A stretch of DNA of 64,000 nucleotides, from positions 73,067 through 137,066 of the forward strand of contig JAZOLO010000008.1 in NCBI GenBank assembly GCA_045653035.1, read 5' to 3'. This stretch comes from Eubacteriales bacterium. GTDB taxonomy: Bacteria; Bacillota; Clostridia; Oscillospirales; SIG627. The notes beneath the pieces were generated by a model. That model was given only the letters and a program-made list of their open reading frames with translations, searched no databases and was not told the DNA's origin. The first letter of the stretch is position 1; each line of letters opens with the position of its first letter. Below, piece after piece: positions 10,458-19,064 of the stretch. Made by a program: the position numbers and the translations under genes.

Positions 10458-11963
10458 TTACTGTGCTTTCTTTCCTACAACTGCACGGATAACGAAAATA
10501 GTTGCTATCATCATTACTATTGCAATGGGAAGAACGATAAATGCATTCTGTACAAAGCCTGCGATAACGTAAGCTACTGCGGAAACTGCCGCAACTGTTA
10601 TTGCATAAGGCATCTGTGTTGAAACGTGAGTTATGTGGTTACACTCAGCCCCTGCACTTGACATGATAGTGGTATCGGAAATGGGTGAGCAGTGGTCACC
10701 GCAAACTGAACCTGCAAGACATGCTGACATAGCGATAAGTCCAAGCTCAGAGTCGAGACCGATAGCGGTTGAAACGATAGGGATAAGGATACCGAAGGTT
10801 CCCCATGAAGTTCCTGTCGAGAATGAAAGGAAGCATGCAATAAGGAATACGATAACAGGAAGGAAGGACTTGAATGCACCTGCATCAGCAAGAATACCCT
10901 TAACGTACTCGTCTGCACACATAAGGTTTGTTACGTTCTTAAGAGAAGTTGCAAGGGTAAGAATAAGAATTGCAGGCACCATTGCAATAAAGCCCTGAGG
11001 GATAGATTCCATAGCCTTCTTAAAGGAAACTGTTCGTCTGATAAGGAGATATATAACTGTAACAACAAGTGCTACAATAGAACCGAGAGGAAGACCTACT
11101 GTTGCATCGGTGTTACCAAACGCACCTGCAAGATCCCACTTATACGCACCTGAGAAGAACTCACCAACGTAAAGGAGAGCCGCAACGCATGCAACAATAA
11201 GCACGATTATGGGGAAAAGAAGGTCGAATACAACGCCACGAGGATTGCCCTCAACAGATTCCTCGGATTTTGCAATGTCGTCGGTGTCACCGATGATATC
11301 GCCGTTCTTTGCTTTTATTTCGTACTCTGACATCTTACCGTAATCAAAAGAGATTGCAGAGATAACAACGATAAATACGAGAGTAAGAAGCGAATAGAAG
11401 TTGTAAGGGATAGCCTTGATAAAGTATGTAAGTCCCTGTCCGTCTGCAACGTACTCGGAAACTGCTGCTGCCCATGAAGAAATGGGAGCAATCATACAAA
11501 TGGGAGCCGCTGTTGCATCAATGAGGTATGCAAGCTTTGCACGGGATATCTTGTGAGCATCTGTTACAGGACGCATAACGGAACCAACTGTAAGACAGTT
11601 GAAGTAGTCATCGATGAAGATAAGAACGCCGAGAACGAAGGTTGCAAGGCATGCACCTACTTTTGTCTTAACGTGCTTCTCTGCCCATCTGCCGAAAGCG
11701 GCTGAACCGCCCGACTTATTGATAAGCGCTACCATGATACCGAGAATTACAAGGAATACGAATATTCCCGCGGTATCGGAAACTGCAGCGATGAGACCGT
11801 CGTTTACGATGGTATCAATAGCTACTATGGGGTTAAAGTTTGCGTACATAACACCGCCTGCTATAACACCTATGAAAAGAGATGAGAAAACCTCTTTTGT
11901 GATAAGTGCAAGTACGATAGCAATAACCGGCGGCAAAAGTGACCAGATAGTTGCTTCAAACAT
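10458..11963 (-). CDS. NhaC-family (Na+/H+ antiporter-like) transporter, probable lysine transporter given its riboswitch
   Basis: It is a polytopic membrane protein of NhaC type. I placed the start at MFEATIWSLLPP (GGAGG RBS) because the longer ORF-track start runs into the riboswitch. Confidence 0.75.
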   Translation of the reverse strand: MFEATIWSLLPPVIAIVLALITKEVFSSLFIGVIAGGVMYANFNPIVAIDTIVNDGLIAAVSDTAGIFVFLVILGIMVALINKSGGSAAFGRWAEKHVKTKVGACLATFVLGVLIFIDDYFNCLTVGSVMRPVTDAHKISRAKLAYLIDATAAPICMIAPISSWAAAVSEYVADGQGLTYFIKAIPYNFYSLLTLVFIVVISAISFDYGKMSEYEIKAKNGDIIGDTDDIAKSEESVEGNPRGVVFDLLFPIIVLIVACVAALLYVGEFFSGAYKWDLAGAFGNTDATVGLPLGSIVALVVTVIYLLIRRTVSFKKAMESIPQGFIAMVPAILILTLATSLKNVTNLMCADEYVKGILADAGAFKSFLPVIVFLIACFLSFSTGTSWGTFGILIPIVSTAIGLDSELGLIAMSACLAGSVCGDHCSPISDTTIMSSAGAECNHITHVSTQMPYAITVAAVSAVAYVIAGFVQNAFIVLPIAIVMMIATIFVIRAVVGKKAQ

Positions 11964-11979
11964 AGGAAAAATCCTCCTG

Positions 11980-12185
11980 AAAATAAAAATAGTTATGAGG
12001 TGCTTACACTCATAACCAAAGTCACAAATGATAGCACTCCACATTAAATGTGACAGTTGAATACATATTCTGCATTCACCCAACCTGCAAGAATAAAGCT
12101 CTCCTTACAGATTTCGGCGATATCTCCTTTTACCGTCCCTAGCCTTCGGGGTGTCACGGCTACTTATAGGCATCGCACCTCTATC
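11980..12185 (-). promoter_or_regulatory. Lysine riboswitch (L-box) with terminator
   Basis: The minus strand reads GATAGAGGTGCGATG..AGTAGCC..GGTAAAAGGAGATATCGCCGAAATC..GGAGAGC..TGGGTGAATGCAG..CAACTGTCAC..GGAGTGCTATC. This is followed by the terminator GGTTATGAG-N9-CTCATAAC+TATTTTTATTTT. Confidence 0.85.
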
Positions 12186-12240
12186 GTCATTATGTTAACA
12201 AAAATATCACAATTTGTCAAGATTTTTTTATAATTTGTCG

Positions 12241-12270
12241 AAAAGAAGGAGATGTAAAGATTACATCTCC
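12241..12270 (-). terminator. Intrinsic terminator after the DUF1846 gene
   Basis: GGAGATGTAA-N3-TTACATCTCC followed by TTCTTTT on the minus strand. Confidence 0.8.
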
Positions 12271-12276
12271 CCCTTT

Positions 12277-13764
12277 TTATCTTTGGTGGTAAAGCTTCTT
12301 TGTCTGGTATTTAGGCTCACAAGTGAGATTTATACCAAGCTTCTGAAATACGTTTTCGTCAACTCTTGAAAGAATGACTGTGGAATGTGCTTCGCAATTT
12401 TTAAGTCTTGGAAGCTGTTCCATTGCAAGAGCCGCCGTTTTGTCGGTTACGGCGCTGATAGACAGGGCTATGAGAATTTCGTCTATATGAAGTCTCGGGT
12501 TATTGTTTCCGAGGCTGTTGACCTTAAGCTTCTGTATAGGCTCAATTACAGTGGGTGAAATGAGCATAACGTCGTGGTCAATTCCAGCAAGAGCTTTAAG
12601 TGCATTAAGGATTGCCGCGGCAGATGCACCCAGAAGTGATGAGGTTTTGCCATCGACAATATTTCCGTCGGGAAGCTCTATTGCAACGGCGGGGCCGTTT
12701 GTTTCCTCCGAGCGTTTAATCGCCACGTCAACTATCGGACGGTCGTCTTTTGTAATCGATAGCTTATTCATTATAAGCTCAAGCTTTTTAACCTCTGTTT
12801 CCTCCGACATTCCCTGACGGACAGATGCACAGATATTATAATATCTGCGGAGTATCTCCTGCTTTGACGCAGAAGAAACCGCGTCGTCGTCAAATATGCA
12901 GTTTCCTGCCATATTTACACCCATATCAGTAGGGCTCTTATAAGGAGATACGCCGAGAATTTTTTCAAGCATTGCATTGAGTACCGGGAATATCTCAACA
13001 TCTCTGTTATAGTTTACAGTAGTCTCGCCATACGCCTCAAGGTGGAATGGGTCAATCATATTCATGTCGTTGAGGTCGGCAGTTGCGGCCTCATAAGCAA
13101 GGTTTACAGGGTGGTTGAGGGAAAGATTCCAAACGGGGAAGGTTTCAAACTTGGCGTAGCCTGATTTTATTCCCCTCTTGTGGTCGTGGTAAAGCTGTGA
13201 TAGACAGGTTGCCATCTTTCCGCTACCTGGACCTGGGGCTGTAACCACAACGAGTGAGCGTGTGGTTTCAATATAATCGTTAAGACCAAATCCGTTATCG
13301 CTAACGATAAGAGGTATATTGGAGGGGTAATCAGGAATCACATAATGGCGGTAGGATTTTATGTCCAGAGACGCAAGGCGCTTTTCAAAGAGTATGGCGG
13401 TGGGCTGGTTATGGAAATGAGTTATAACCACACTGCCCACAAAAAGACCTATTCCACGGAAAGCATCTATAAGTCGGAGTGCGTCAAGGTCATAGGTTAT
13501 TCCAAGGTCTCCCCTTCTCTTATTTTTCTCAATGGCATCTGCACTTATAACAATAACTATCTCGGCACTGTCCCGAAGTTCAAGAAGCATCTTGACCTTA
13601 CTGTCGGGCTTGAATCCAGGGAGCACACGGGAAGCATGAAAGTCGTCAAAAAGCTTTCCTCCGAATTCAAGATAAAGCTTTCCTCCGAACATATCAATTC
13701 TGTCTCGTATCTTCTGAGACTGCATTGCTATATATTTGTCATTGTCAAATCCTATTTTATGCAT
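12277..13764 (-). CDS. DUF1846 (UPF0371) family protein
   Basis: The N-terminus GKLYLEFGGKLFDDFHASRVLPGFKPDSK is characteristic of UPF0371. Confidence 0.8.
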   Translation of the reverse strand: MHKIGFDNDKYIAMQSQKIRDRIDMFGGKLYLEFGGKLFDDFHASRVLPGFKPDSKVKMLLELRDSAEIVIVISADAIEKNKRRGDLGITYDLDALRLIDAFRGIGLFVGSVVITHFHNQPTAILFEKRLASLDIKSYRHYVIPDYPSNIPLIVSDNGFGLNDYIETTRSLVVVTAPGPGSGKMATCLSQLYHDHKRGIKSGYAKFETFPVWNLSLNHPVNLAYEAATADLNDMNMIDPFHLEAYGETTVNYNRDVEIFPVLNAMLEKILGVSPYKSPTDMGVNMAGNCIFDDDAVSSASKQEILRRYYNICASVRQGMSEETEVKKLELIMNKLSITKDDRPIVDVAIKRSEETNGPAVAIELPDGNIVDGKTSSLLGASAAAILNALKALAGIDHDVMLISPTVIEPIQKLKVNSLGNNNPRLHIDEILIALSISAVTDKTAALAMEQLPRLKNCEAHSTVILSRVDENVFQKLGINLTCEPKYQTKKLYHQR

Positions 13765-13897
13765 ACTTCCTCCAAAAAATCTAAAGCGTCCCCTTGCGGA
13801 GACGCTCTGTTTAGGTGCCCTATTTATTATATCACTTTGGGTAAAAAATGCAATATGTAAAATATTACAAATTTATGTCCCATTTATTGAACAATTT

Positions 13898-15439
13898 TTA
13901 ATAAGTGTTAAAAATACGGTAAATTGTAAGAACAGATTGCTCTTTGGTATAAAATCCGTTAGGGTCGAATTTTCCGTTCTCTACACCGCCCATCACTCTC
14001 ATTCCCTGTTTGCTCAGAGATGCTGAAACGAAGAATATGCCCTCTTCTCCCCATTGTGCAAATTTGTCACTATCGGTAAATTCAAGCTTTTCTGAGTTAG
14101 GCTCTGATACCCCCATCACCTTTGCGGTGCGGTAAAGCATGGTTGCCGCTTCCTGTCTTGTAATGAAGCCTTCGGGGTCAAATTCATTGTTCCCTTTTCC
14201 GTTTACAATTCCGAGAGCATTGGCAGACAAAATATACGAATCGTGTGTATCGTGGAAAACGTCGTAGTTAAGCTCAAGACCCTTTTCTAAAAGAATATCT
14301 TCAATACTCTTTGAATTTTTTACTGTAAGCATATTTATAACAAGATAACAAAATTCCTGTCTTGTAATCTTATCCTTCATGGTATTATAAAGGGTTTCAA
14401 GTACGAGTCCGTCGTACATTGCAGCTTTGACCTCATTTTCAGCCCATTCAGAAACGCCTGTTCCACCAAGTGTTACGGGACGCTCTAAGATAAGATGCTT
14501 CAGCGAAAGCATTTCGGGGGTTATATCAAAATAGTGAATCAAAGGATTCTCTTCTGTGACTTTTTCTTTGAGTAGTGTCTTGTTATAGCTGTCCCAAGTT
14601 GGGTCCATTATAATCCATCTTCCGTCAACGTAAGCCTCTACCCATGCGTGGTTGGGCTTTAAGGTGACCCCTTTTGTTTCCCTCCAGCTATTAGCAGCGT
14701 CAACACCCAAAGCATATCCCTTTGTTACAAAGGCGGGAATTCCTGCTGAGCGCAGCATTGCTACGGCAAGATTTGAATATCCCTCGCAAACACTTCTTCT
14801 CTCCGTAAGCACCTCTACCGGTGTGAGAGGAGTGAAGGTGGCATAGTTGTTGACATAGTTCATGTCGTAATAAATGTTTTCAGCCACCCATTTATGAATA
14901 GCCTTTGCTTTTTCGTAATCAGTTTTAAGATCCGTGGTTACATTTGTGGTAATCATTTTAACCGCAGATGGTTGCTCGTGATTTATGTGTTCCTTTTCAA
15001 ACACCCAACCAGAAAGCATAGAGGTGTTCTTTTCAAGCACTTCTTCGTCAAAGACAAAAAGATATTTTCCCTCGCTCTTTTCAAGTACTATATCATCACC
15101 AAAAAATATGCTTGTAAATTCCTCTGTCAGCGACTTTCCTAGAAATACGCCAAGCGTTACCCTTTCAGTTTCGATTGCAGTAAGGTCAATTTCGGTCTTG
15201 AATTTCAATTCCGCGGATATAGGAAGAACGTATTTTTTATCAATGGTGATAACGATGTACTGTAATTCTTCGTTATCTACCATACCGCTAACGGTAAGAA
15301 TGTTGTCGCTTACAGAAAAAGCAAGTCCTACAGTATCGTTCGTTACGTTCAAGGAATCCTTGTAAACAGCCGCAGATGCCGTTATAACAAATACTGTAAT
15401 TAGAATTACCGCAAAAAATAATATTTTGATTTTTTTCAT
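13898..15439 (-). CDS. Secreted transglutaminase-like cysteine protease domain protein with C-terminal SLH repeats
   Basis: Signal peptide MKKIKILFFAVILITVFVITASA is present. The transglutaminase core has RRSVCEGYS...NHAWV...DPTW. Three SLH-like repeats (ITRQE..) lie at the C-terminus. The start was moved to the internal Met so it clears the upstream gene. Confidence 0.7.
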   Translation of the reverse strand: MKKIKILFFAVILITVFVITASAAVYKDSLNVTNDTVGLAFSVSDNILTVSGMVDNEELQYIVITIDKKYVLPISAELKFKTEIDLTAIETERVTLGVFLGKSLTEEFTSIFFGDDIVLEKSEGKYLFVFDEEVLEKNTSMLSGWVFEKEHINHEQPSAVKMITTNVTTDLKTDYEKAKAIHKWVAENIYYDMNYVNNYATFTPLTPVEVLTERRSVCEGYSNLAVAMLRSAGIPAFVTKGYALGVDAANSWRETKGVTLKPNHAWVEAYVDGRWIIMDPTWDSYNKTLLKEKVTEENPLIHYFDITPEMLSLKHLILERPVTLGGTGVSEWAENEVKAAMYDGLVLETLYNTMKDKITRQEFCYLVINMLTVKNSKSIEDILLEKGLELNYDVFHDTHDSYILSANALGIVNGKGNNEFDPEGFITRQEAATMLYRTAKVMGVSEPNSEKLEFTDSDKFAQWGEEGIFFVSASLSKQGMRVMGGVENGKFDPNGFYTKEQSVLTIYRIFNTY

Positions 15440-15452
15440 TGTTTCTCCTTTA

Positions 15453-16679
15453 TCAAAACGCCCAGTTCCCGTTTTCAAATATCTTGACGCTTCCGCCTCC
15501 ACGAACATTACCTATGACACAAAGGTCAGCGGTTCCTATCATAAAATCTTCATGGACCATAGAATCGTTTATACCTTTTTTGTGACATTCCTCAAGAGTG
15601 ATTTTATCATAATCTACAAGAGTATTTGTATATCCTGCACCAAGGGCAAGGTGGCAAGATGCATTCTCATCAAAGAGAGTATTATAGAAAGTAAGTCCCG
15701 AATTCTGAATAGGTGAATCGTAAGGGACAAAGGCACATTCTCCAAGATATGCAGCACCCTCGTCCATAGATATAAGCTGTTTTAATAGTTCCTCGTTTTT
15801 CTCCGCATGTACTTCTACCGCTTTACCTTTTTCAAAGCGTATAGAAAAATTCTCTATCATCTCTCCATTATAAGCAAGAGGCTTTGAGGAATATACAATT
15901 CCCTCCGCCTCCCCACGCCTTGGAGAAATGAACACTTCTTCGCTGGGGATATTCGCATTAAAGGGATTGCCTGAGAGAGTTGTTTCGCATCCTCCCATAA
16001 AAGCAGAGCCCTCAATAAGCCCTACTGTGAGGCGTGTACCATTTGATGCTGAATACTCAAGGCTTTCAAGGTTTAGCGAATTGAGGTACTCGCATTTTCT
16101 TCTGACGTTCTCGTTATGCTCCTGCCATGCCTTTATAGGGTCATCGCCGTCGGCACGGGAGGTAAAGAGTATCGCTTCCCAAAGCTTTTCGATTGCCTTT
16201 TTTGAAGAAAGCTCGGGGAACATCTTTTTCGCCCACGCTTTTCCGGGCACTGCTGCAATGCACCATTGATAACGATTTTCCATCTTGTCGCGATAGGGCT
16301 TTATAATCTTATACCTTGCCTGTGAAGCTTTAGCGTACTTTTCTCGGTCAATGCCTTCAAGACCATCTGGGTCCTCTGACAAGAGGTAAATCATACAAGG
16401 AAGAATATCCGCTCTGTGTGAGAGTCTCTCCTCCTCCCATTTTTCAACGGTTGAAAGCACCTCAAGAGTGCGGTATTTCTGATGTATCTTCAAAAGGTGC
16501 TGTACGTCCCATTCAATTTCTACTTTTTTTGCCCCTGCCTTATAACATTCCTCTGTCACCATTATAACAAAGTCGGGCTGGTCAAGGTCTGCACGAATAA
16601 TTACAGTTTGTCCGGGAATAACGTTTACTCCCGATTTAACTATAAGCTTTGCATATTTTTTCAGTTGTGTTTTTTTCAT
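15453..16679 (-). CDS. M29-family aminopeptidase (AmpS/PepS type)
   Basis: The N-terminus LKKYAKLIVKSGVNV..GQ.V.I and overall length are typical of M29. The start was set at MKKTQ. Confidence 0.75.
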   Translation of the reverse strand: MKKTQLKKYAKLIVKSGVNVIPGQTVIIRADLDQPDFVIMVTEECYKAGAKKVEIEWDVQHLLKIHQKYRTLEVLSTVEKWEEERLSHRADILPCMIYLLSEDPDGLEGIDREKYAKASQARYKIIKPYRDKMENRYQWCIAAVPGKAWAKKMFPELSSKKAIEKLWEAILFTSRADGDDPIKAWQEHNENVRRKCEYLNSLNLESLEYSASNGTRLTVGLIEGSAFMGGCETTLSGNPFNANIPSEEVFISPRRGEAEGIVYSSKPLAYNGEMIENFSIRFEKGKAVEVHAEKNEELLKQLISMDEGAAYLGECAFVPYDSPIQNSGLTFYNTLFDENASCHLALGAGYTNTLVDYDKITLEECHKKGINDSMVHEDFMIGTADLCVIGNVRGGGSVKIFENGNWAF

Positions 16680-16760
16680 TATATCACCCAAAATAATAGT
16701 ATCACAAAAATAAGCTTTTTGCAATAGAATTGTTTACCTAAATGGGATAAAAAATACAAT

Positions 16761-16786
16761 AATGGGAGTTCTTTCAAACTCCCATT
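16761..16786 (-). terminator. Terminator after the EF-G paralog
   Basis: aatgggagt-N8-actcccatt with a downstream T run on the minus strand. Confidence 0.6.
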
Positions 16787-16792
16787 AGTTTT

Positions 16793-18856
16793 TTATTCTG
16801 CAAGGTCTCCCTTATGCTCTTCGATAATCTTCTGTGCAATACCGGAGGGTACTTCGCCGTAACGCTGAACCTCATAGGTGTAGGTTGCTCTGCCCTGTGT
16901 TATTGCTCTGAGCTGGATAGCATAATTTGACATTTCGGACTTGGGTACTTCAGCCTCTATTATGCTGACACCCTTCTTTGTCTCCGACTGGTCTGTACCA
17001 AGAACCTTTCCGCGTCGTTTTGTAAGGTCGCCTATTACGTCGCCCATAAGATTATCAGGCATTTCAACAACGAGCTTTCCGAGAGGCTCAAGGATAACGG
17101 GGTTTGCGTTCTTAAGTCCCTCCTTGTATGCAAGGTGAGCCGCAAGCTTGAATGCCATTTCAGAGGAGTCAACGTCGTGGTAGGATCCATCGTAAAGGTT
17201 TGCCTTAAGCTTCACAACAGGGAAGCCTGCAAGTACTCCCTTTTCCATAGCTTCAATAAGTCCCTTTTCAACTGCGGGATGGAAGTTCTTGGGCACGGAG
17301 CCACCAAAGATAGACTCGCTGAAGGTAAGTCCCTCCTCCTCTCCGGGGGCAAACTCTATCTTAACGTGACCGTACTGTCCGTGTCCGCCTGACTGCTTCT
17401 TATGCTTACCTTCTGCCTGGACACTCTTCTTTATAGTTTCCCTGTACGCAATTTTTTCTTCAGAAAGCTTAACAGACGTACCGAAGCGTGTCTTCAGCTT
17501 GGAAGAAAGCACGTCAAGGTGCACATCTCCAAGACCTGAAATTATCATCTGCTTGGTTTCGGCATTGTTAACATAGTTAAGGCTCAAATCTTCCTCGAGG
17601 AGCTTGGAAATCCCCTGTGAAATCTTGTCCTCGTCGCCCTTTGCAAGAGGCTCTATCGCCATAGAATAGTAGGGCTTGGGAAATCTTATCTTATGATAAG
17701 TAATATCACCTGATATAGAAAGTGTGTCGTTTGTATTAGCAAATACAAGCTTTGTGGTAAGACCTATATCACCGCAAACCATTCCCTCAACCTCGGTCTG
17801 CTTCTTACCTCTTGCACAGTAAATTCTTGCAATCTTTTCTTCCTGACCGTTACGTGAGTTCTTAAGTACCTGATCCTTTTTAAGAGAGCCGTTCATAACC
17901 TTGAAAAAGCTCATCTTACCAACAAACGGGTCGGCAACTGTCTTGAAAATAAAGAGAGCTGTCTCGCCTTCAGGGTCAATGGCAATTTCCTCCCCGTCCT
18001 CGCTCATCTCGTGAGTTCTGGAAACAGGGCTGGTAAAGGATTTTGATACCTTATGAATAAAGTAGTCAATACCTTCAAGGGTCAGAGCTGAGCCTGAAAA
18101 TACAGGCACGATGCTTCCCATCTTAAGTCCCGCCTGAAGGGCATCCGTTATCTCATCATCTGTAAACGGAATATCGTCAAAATACTTGAGCATGAGCTCG
18201 TCACTTGTCTGTGCAAGTGCTTCAAAGAGCATGGCTCTGTACTCTAAAATCCAGTCTGCATTGGGATCTGGAACAGGAATTTCTTCTGCTGCTCCGTTTG
18301 TATATTTATATGCCTTAACTGCAATTATATCAACATAACCAACAGTCTTGTGATTTTCAAACAAGGGAACGTAAAGAGGACAGATTGTCTGACCGAAAGT
18401 TTCCTTGAGGGTATTAAGTATTGCGGTAAAGTTGATATTATCCTCATCCATACGGTTGACAAAGAAAGCCTTTGCAACGCCTGCATCGGTAGCTCTCTGC
18501 CATGCAAGCTGTGCACCAACCTCCACGCCCGCCTTCGCATCAATCACTATGACTGCATTTCTTACTATACGAAGCACCTGCTCACTTTCAGCACTGAAAT
18601 CAAGATAACCCGGTGTATCTATAAAATTGATTTTCTTGTTATCATAAAATATGGGTGCAACTGACGCTGAAATTGACATTTCACGCTTAATTTCCTCGGG
18701 GTCAAAATCACATACGGTATTTCCTTCGGTGGTTTTTCCAAGTCTATCAGTCTCTTTTGCATAATAAAGCAATGCTTCTACCAAAGATGTCTTTCCGCTG
18801 CCACCATGTCCTAAAAGACATACGTTTCTGATTTGTCTTGATAAAATATTCGCCAT
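16793..18856 (-). CDS. Elongation factor G paralog (EF-G2-like translational GTPase)
   Basis: P-loop GHGGSGKTS, DTPG and NRMD G motifs are present, followed by EF-G domains II-V. Confidence 0.8.
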   Translation of the reverse strand: MANILSRQIRNVCLLGHGGSGKTSLVEALLYYAKETDRLGKTTEGNTVCDFDPEEIKREMSISASVAPIFYDNKKINFIDTPGYLDFSAESEQVLRIVRNAVIVIDAKAGVEVGAQLAWQRATDAGVAKAFFVNRMDEDNINFTAILNTLKETFGQTICPLYVPLFENHKTVGYVDIIAVKAYKYTNGAAEEIPVPDPNADWILEYRAMLFEALAQTSDELMLKYFDDIPFTDDEITDALQAGLKMGSIVPVFSGSALTLEGIDYFIHKVSKSFTSPVSRTHEMSEDGEEIAIDPEGETALFIFKTVADPFVGKMSFFKVMNGSLKKDQVLKNSRNGQEEKIARIYCARGKKQTEVEGMVCGDIGLTTKLVFANTNDTLSISGDITYHKIRFPKPYYSMAIEPLAKGDEDKISQGISKLLEEDLSLNYVNNAETKQMIISGLGDVHLDVLSSKLKTRFGTSVKLSEEKIAYRETIKKSVQAEGKHKKQSGGHGQYGHVKIEFAPGEEEGLTFSESIFGGSVPKNFHPAVEKGLIEAMEKGVLAGFPVVKLKANLYDGSYHDVDSSEMAFKLAAHLAYKEGLKNANPVILEPLGKLVVEMPDNLMGDVIGDLTKRRGKVLGTDQSETKKGVSIIEAEVPKSEMSNYAIQLRAITQGRATYTYEVQRYGEVPSGIAQKIIEEHKGDLAE

Positions 18857-18905
18857 TTTTTCATTACCTCCTGATTAGTCTTATTTAAGCTTAGTGCTTA
18901 TACTA

Positions 18906-18934
18906 ATTATATAATAAAACTTTTCTACAATCAA
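18906..18934 (-). promoter_or_regulatory. Promoter for the EF-G paralog
   Basis: TTGATT-N17-TATAAT on the minus strand. Confidence 0.5.
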
Positions 18935-18978
18935 TACAGTTTTTTACATTAGTTGGAGTTAGACTGACAAAAATATAG

Positions 18979-19011
18979 CCCCAATTTTGTTTAAAACAAA
19001 CAAAATTGGGG
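18979..19011. terminator. Bidirectional-looking terminator after the ABC operon
   Basis: ccccaattttgttt-N5-aaacaaaattgggg with T runs on both sides. Confidence 0.6.
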
Positions 19012-19064
19012 TTCTTTTATCATTTTTTTTGGTGGTTATGTACTCTTTGTTCGTGATTTTTTGC

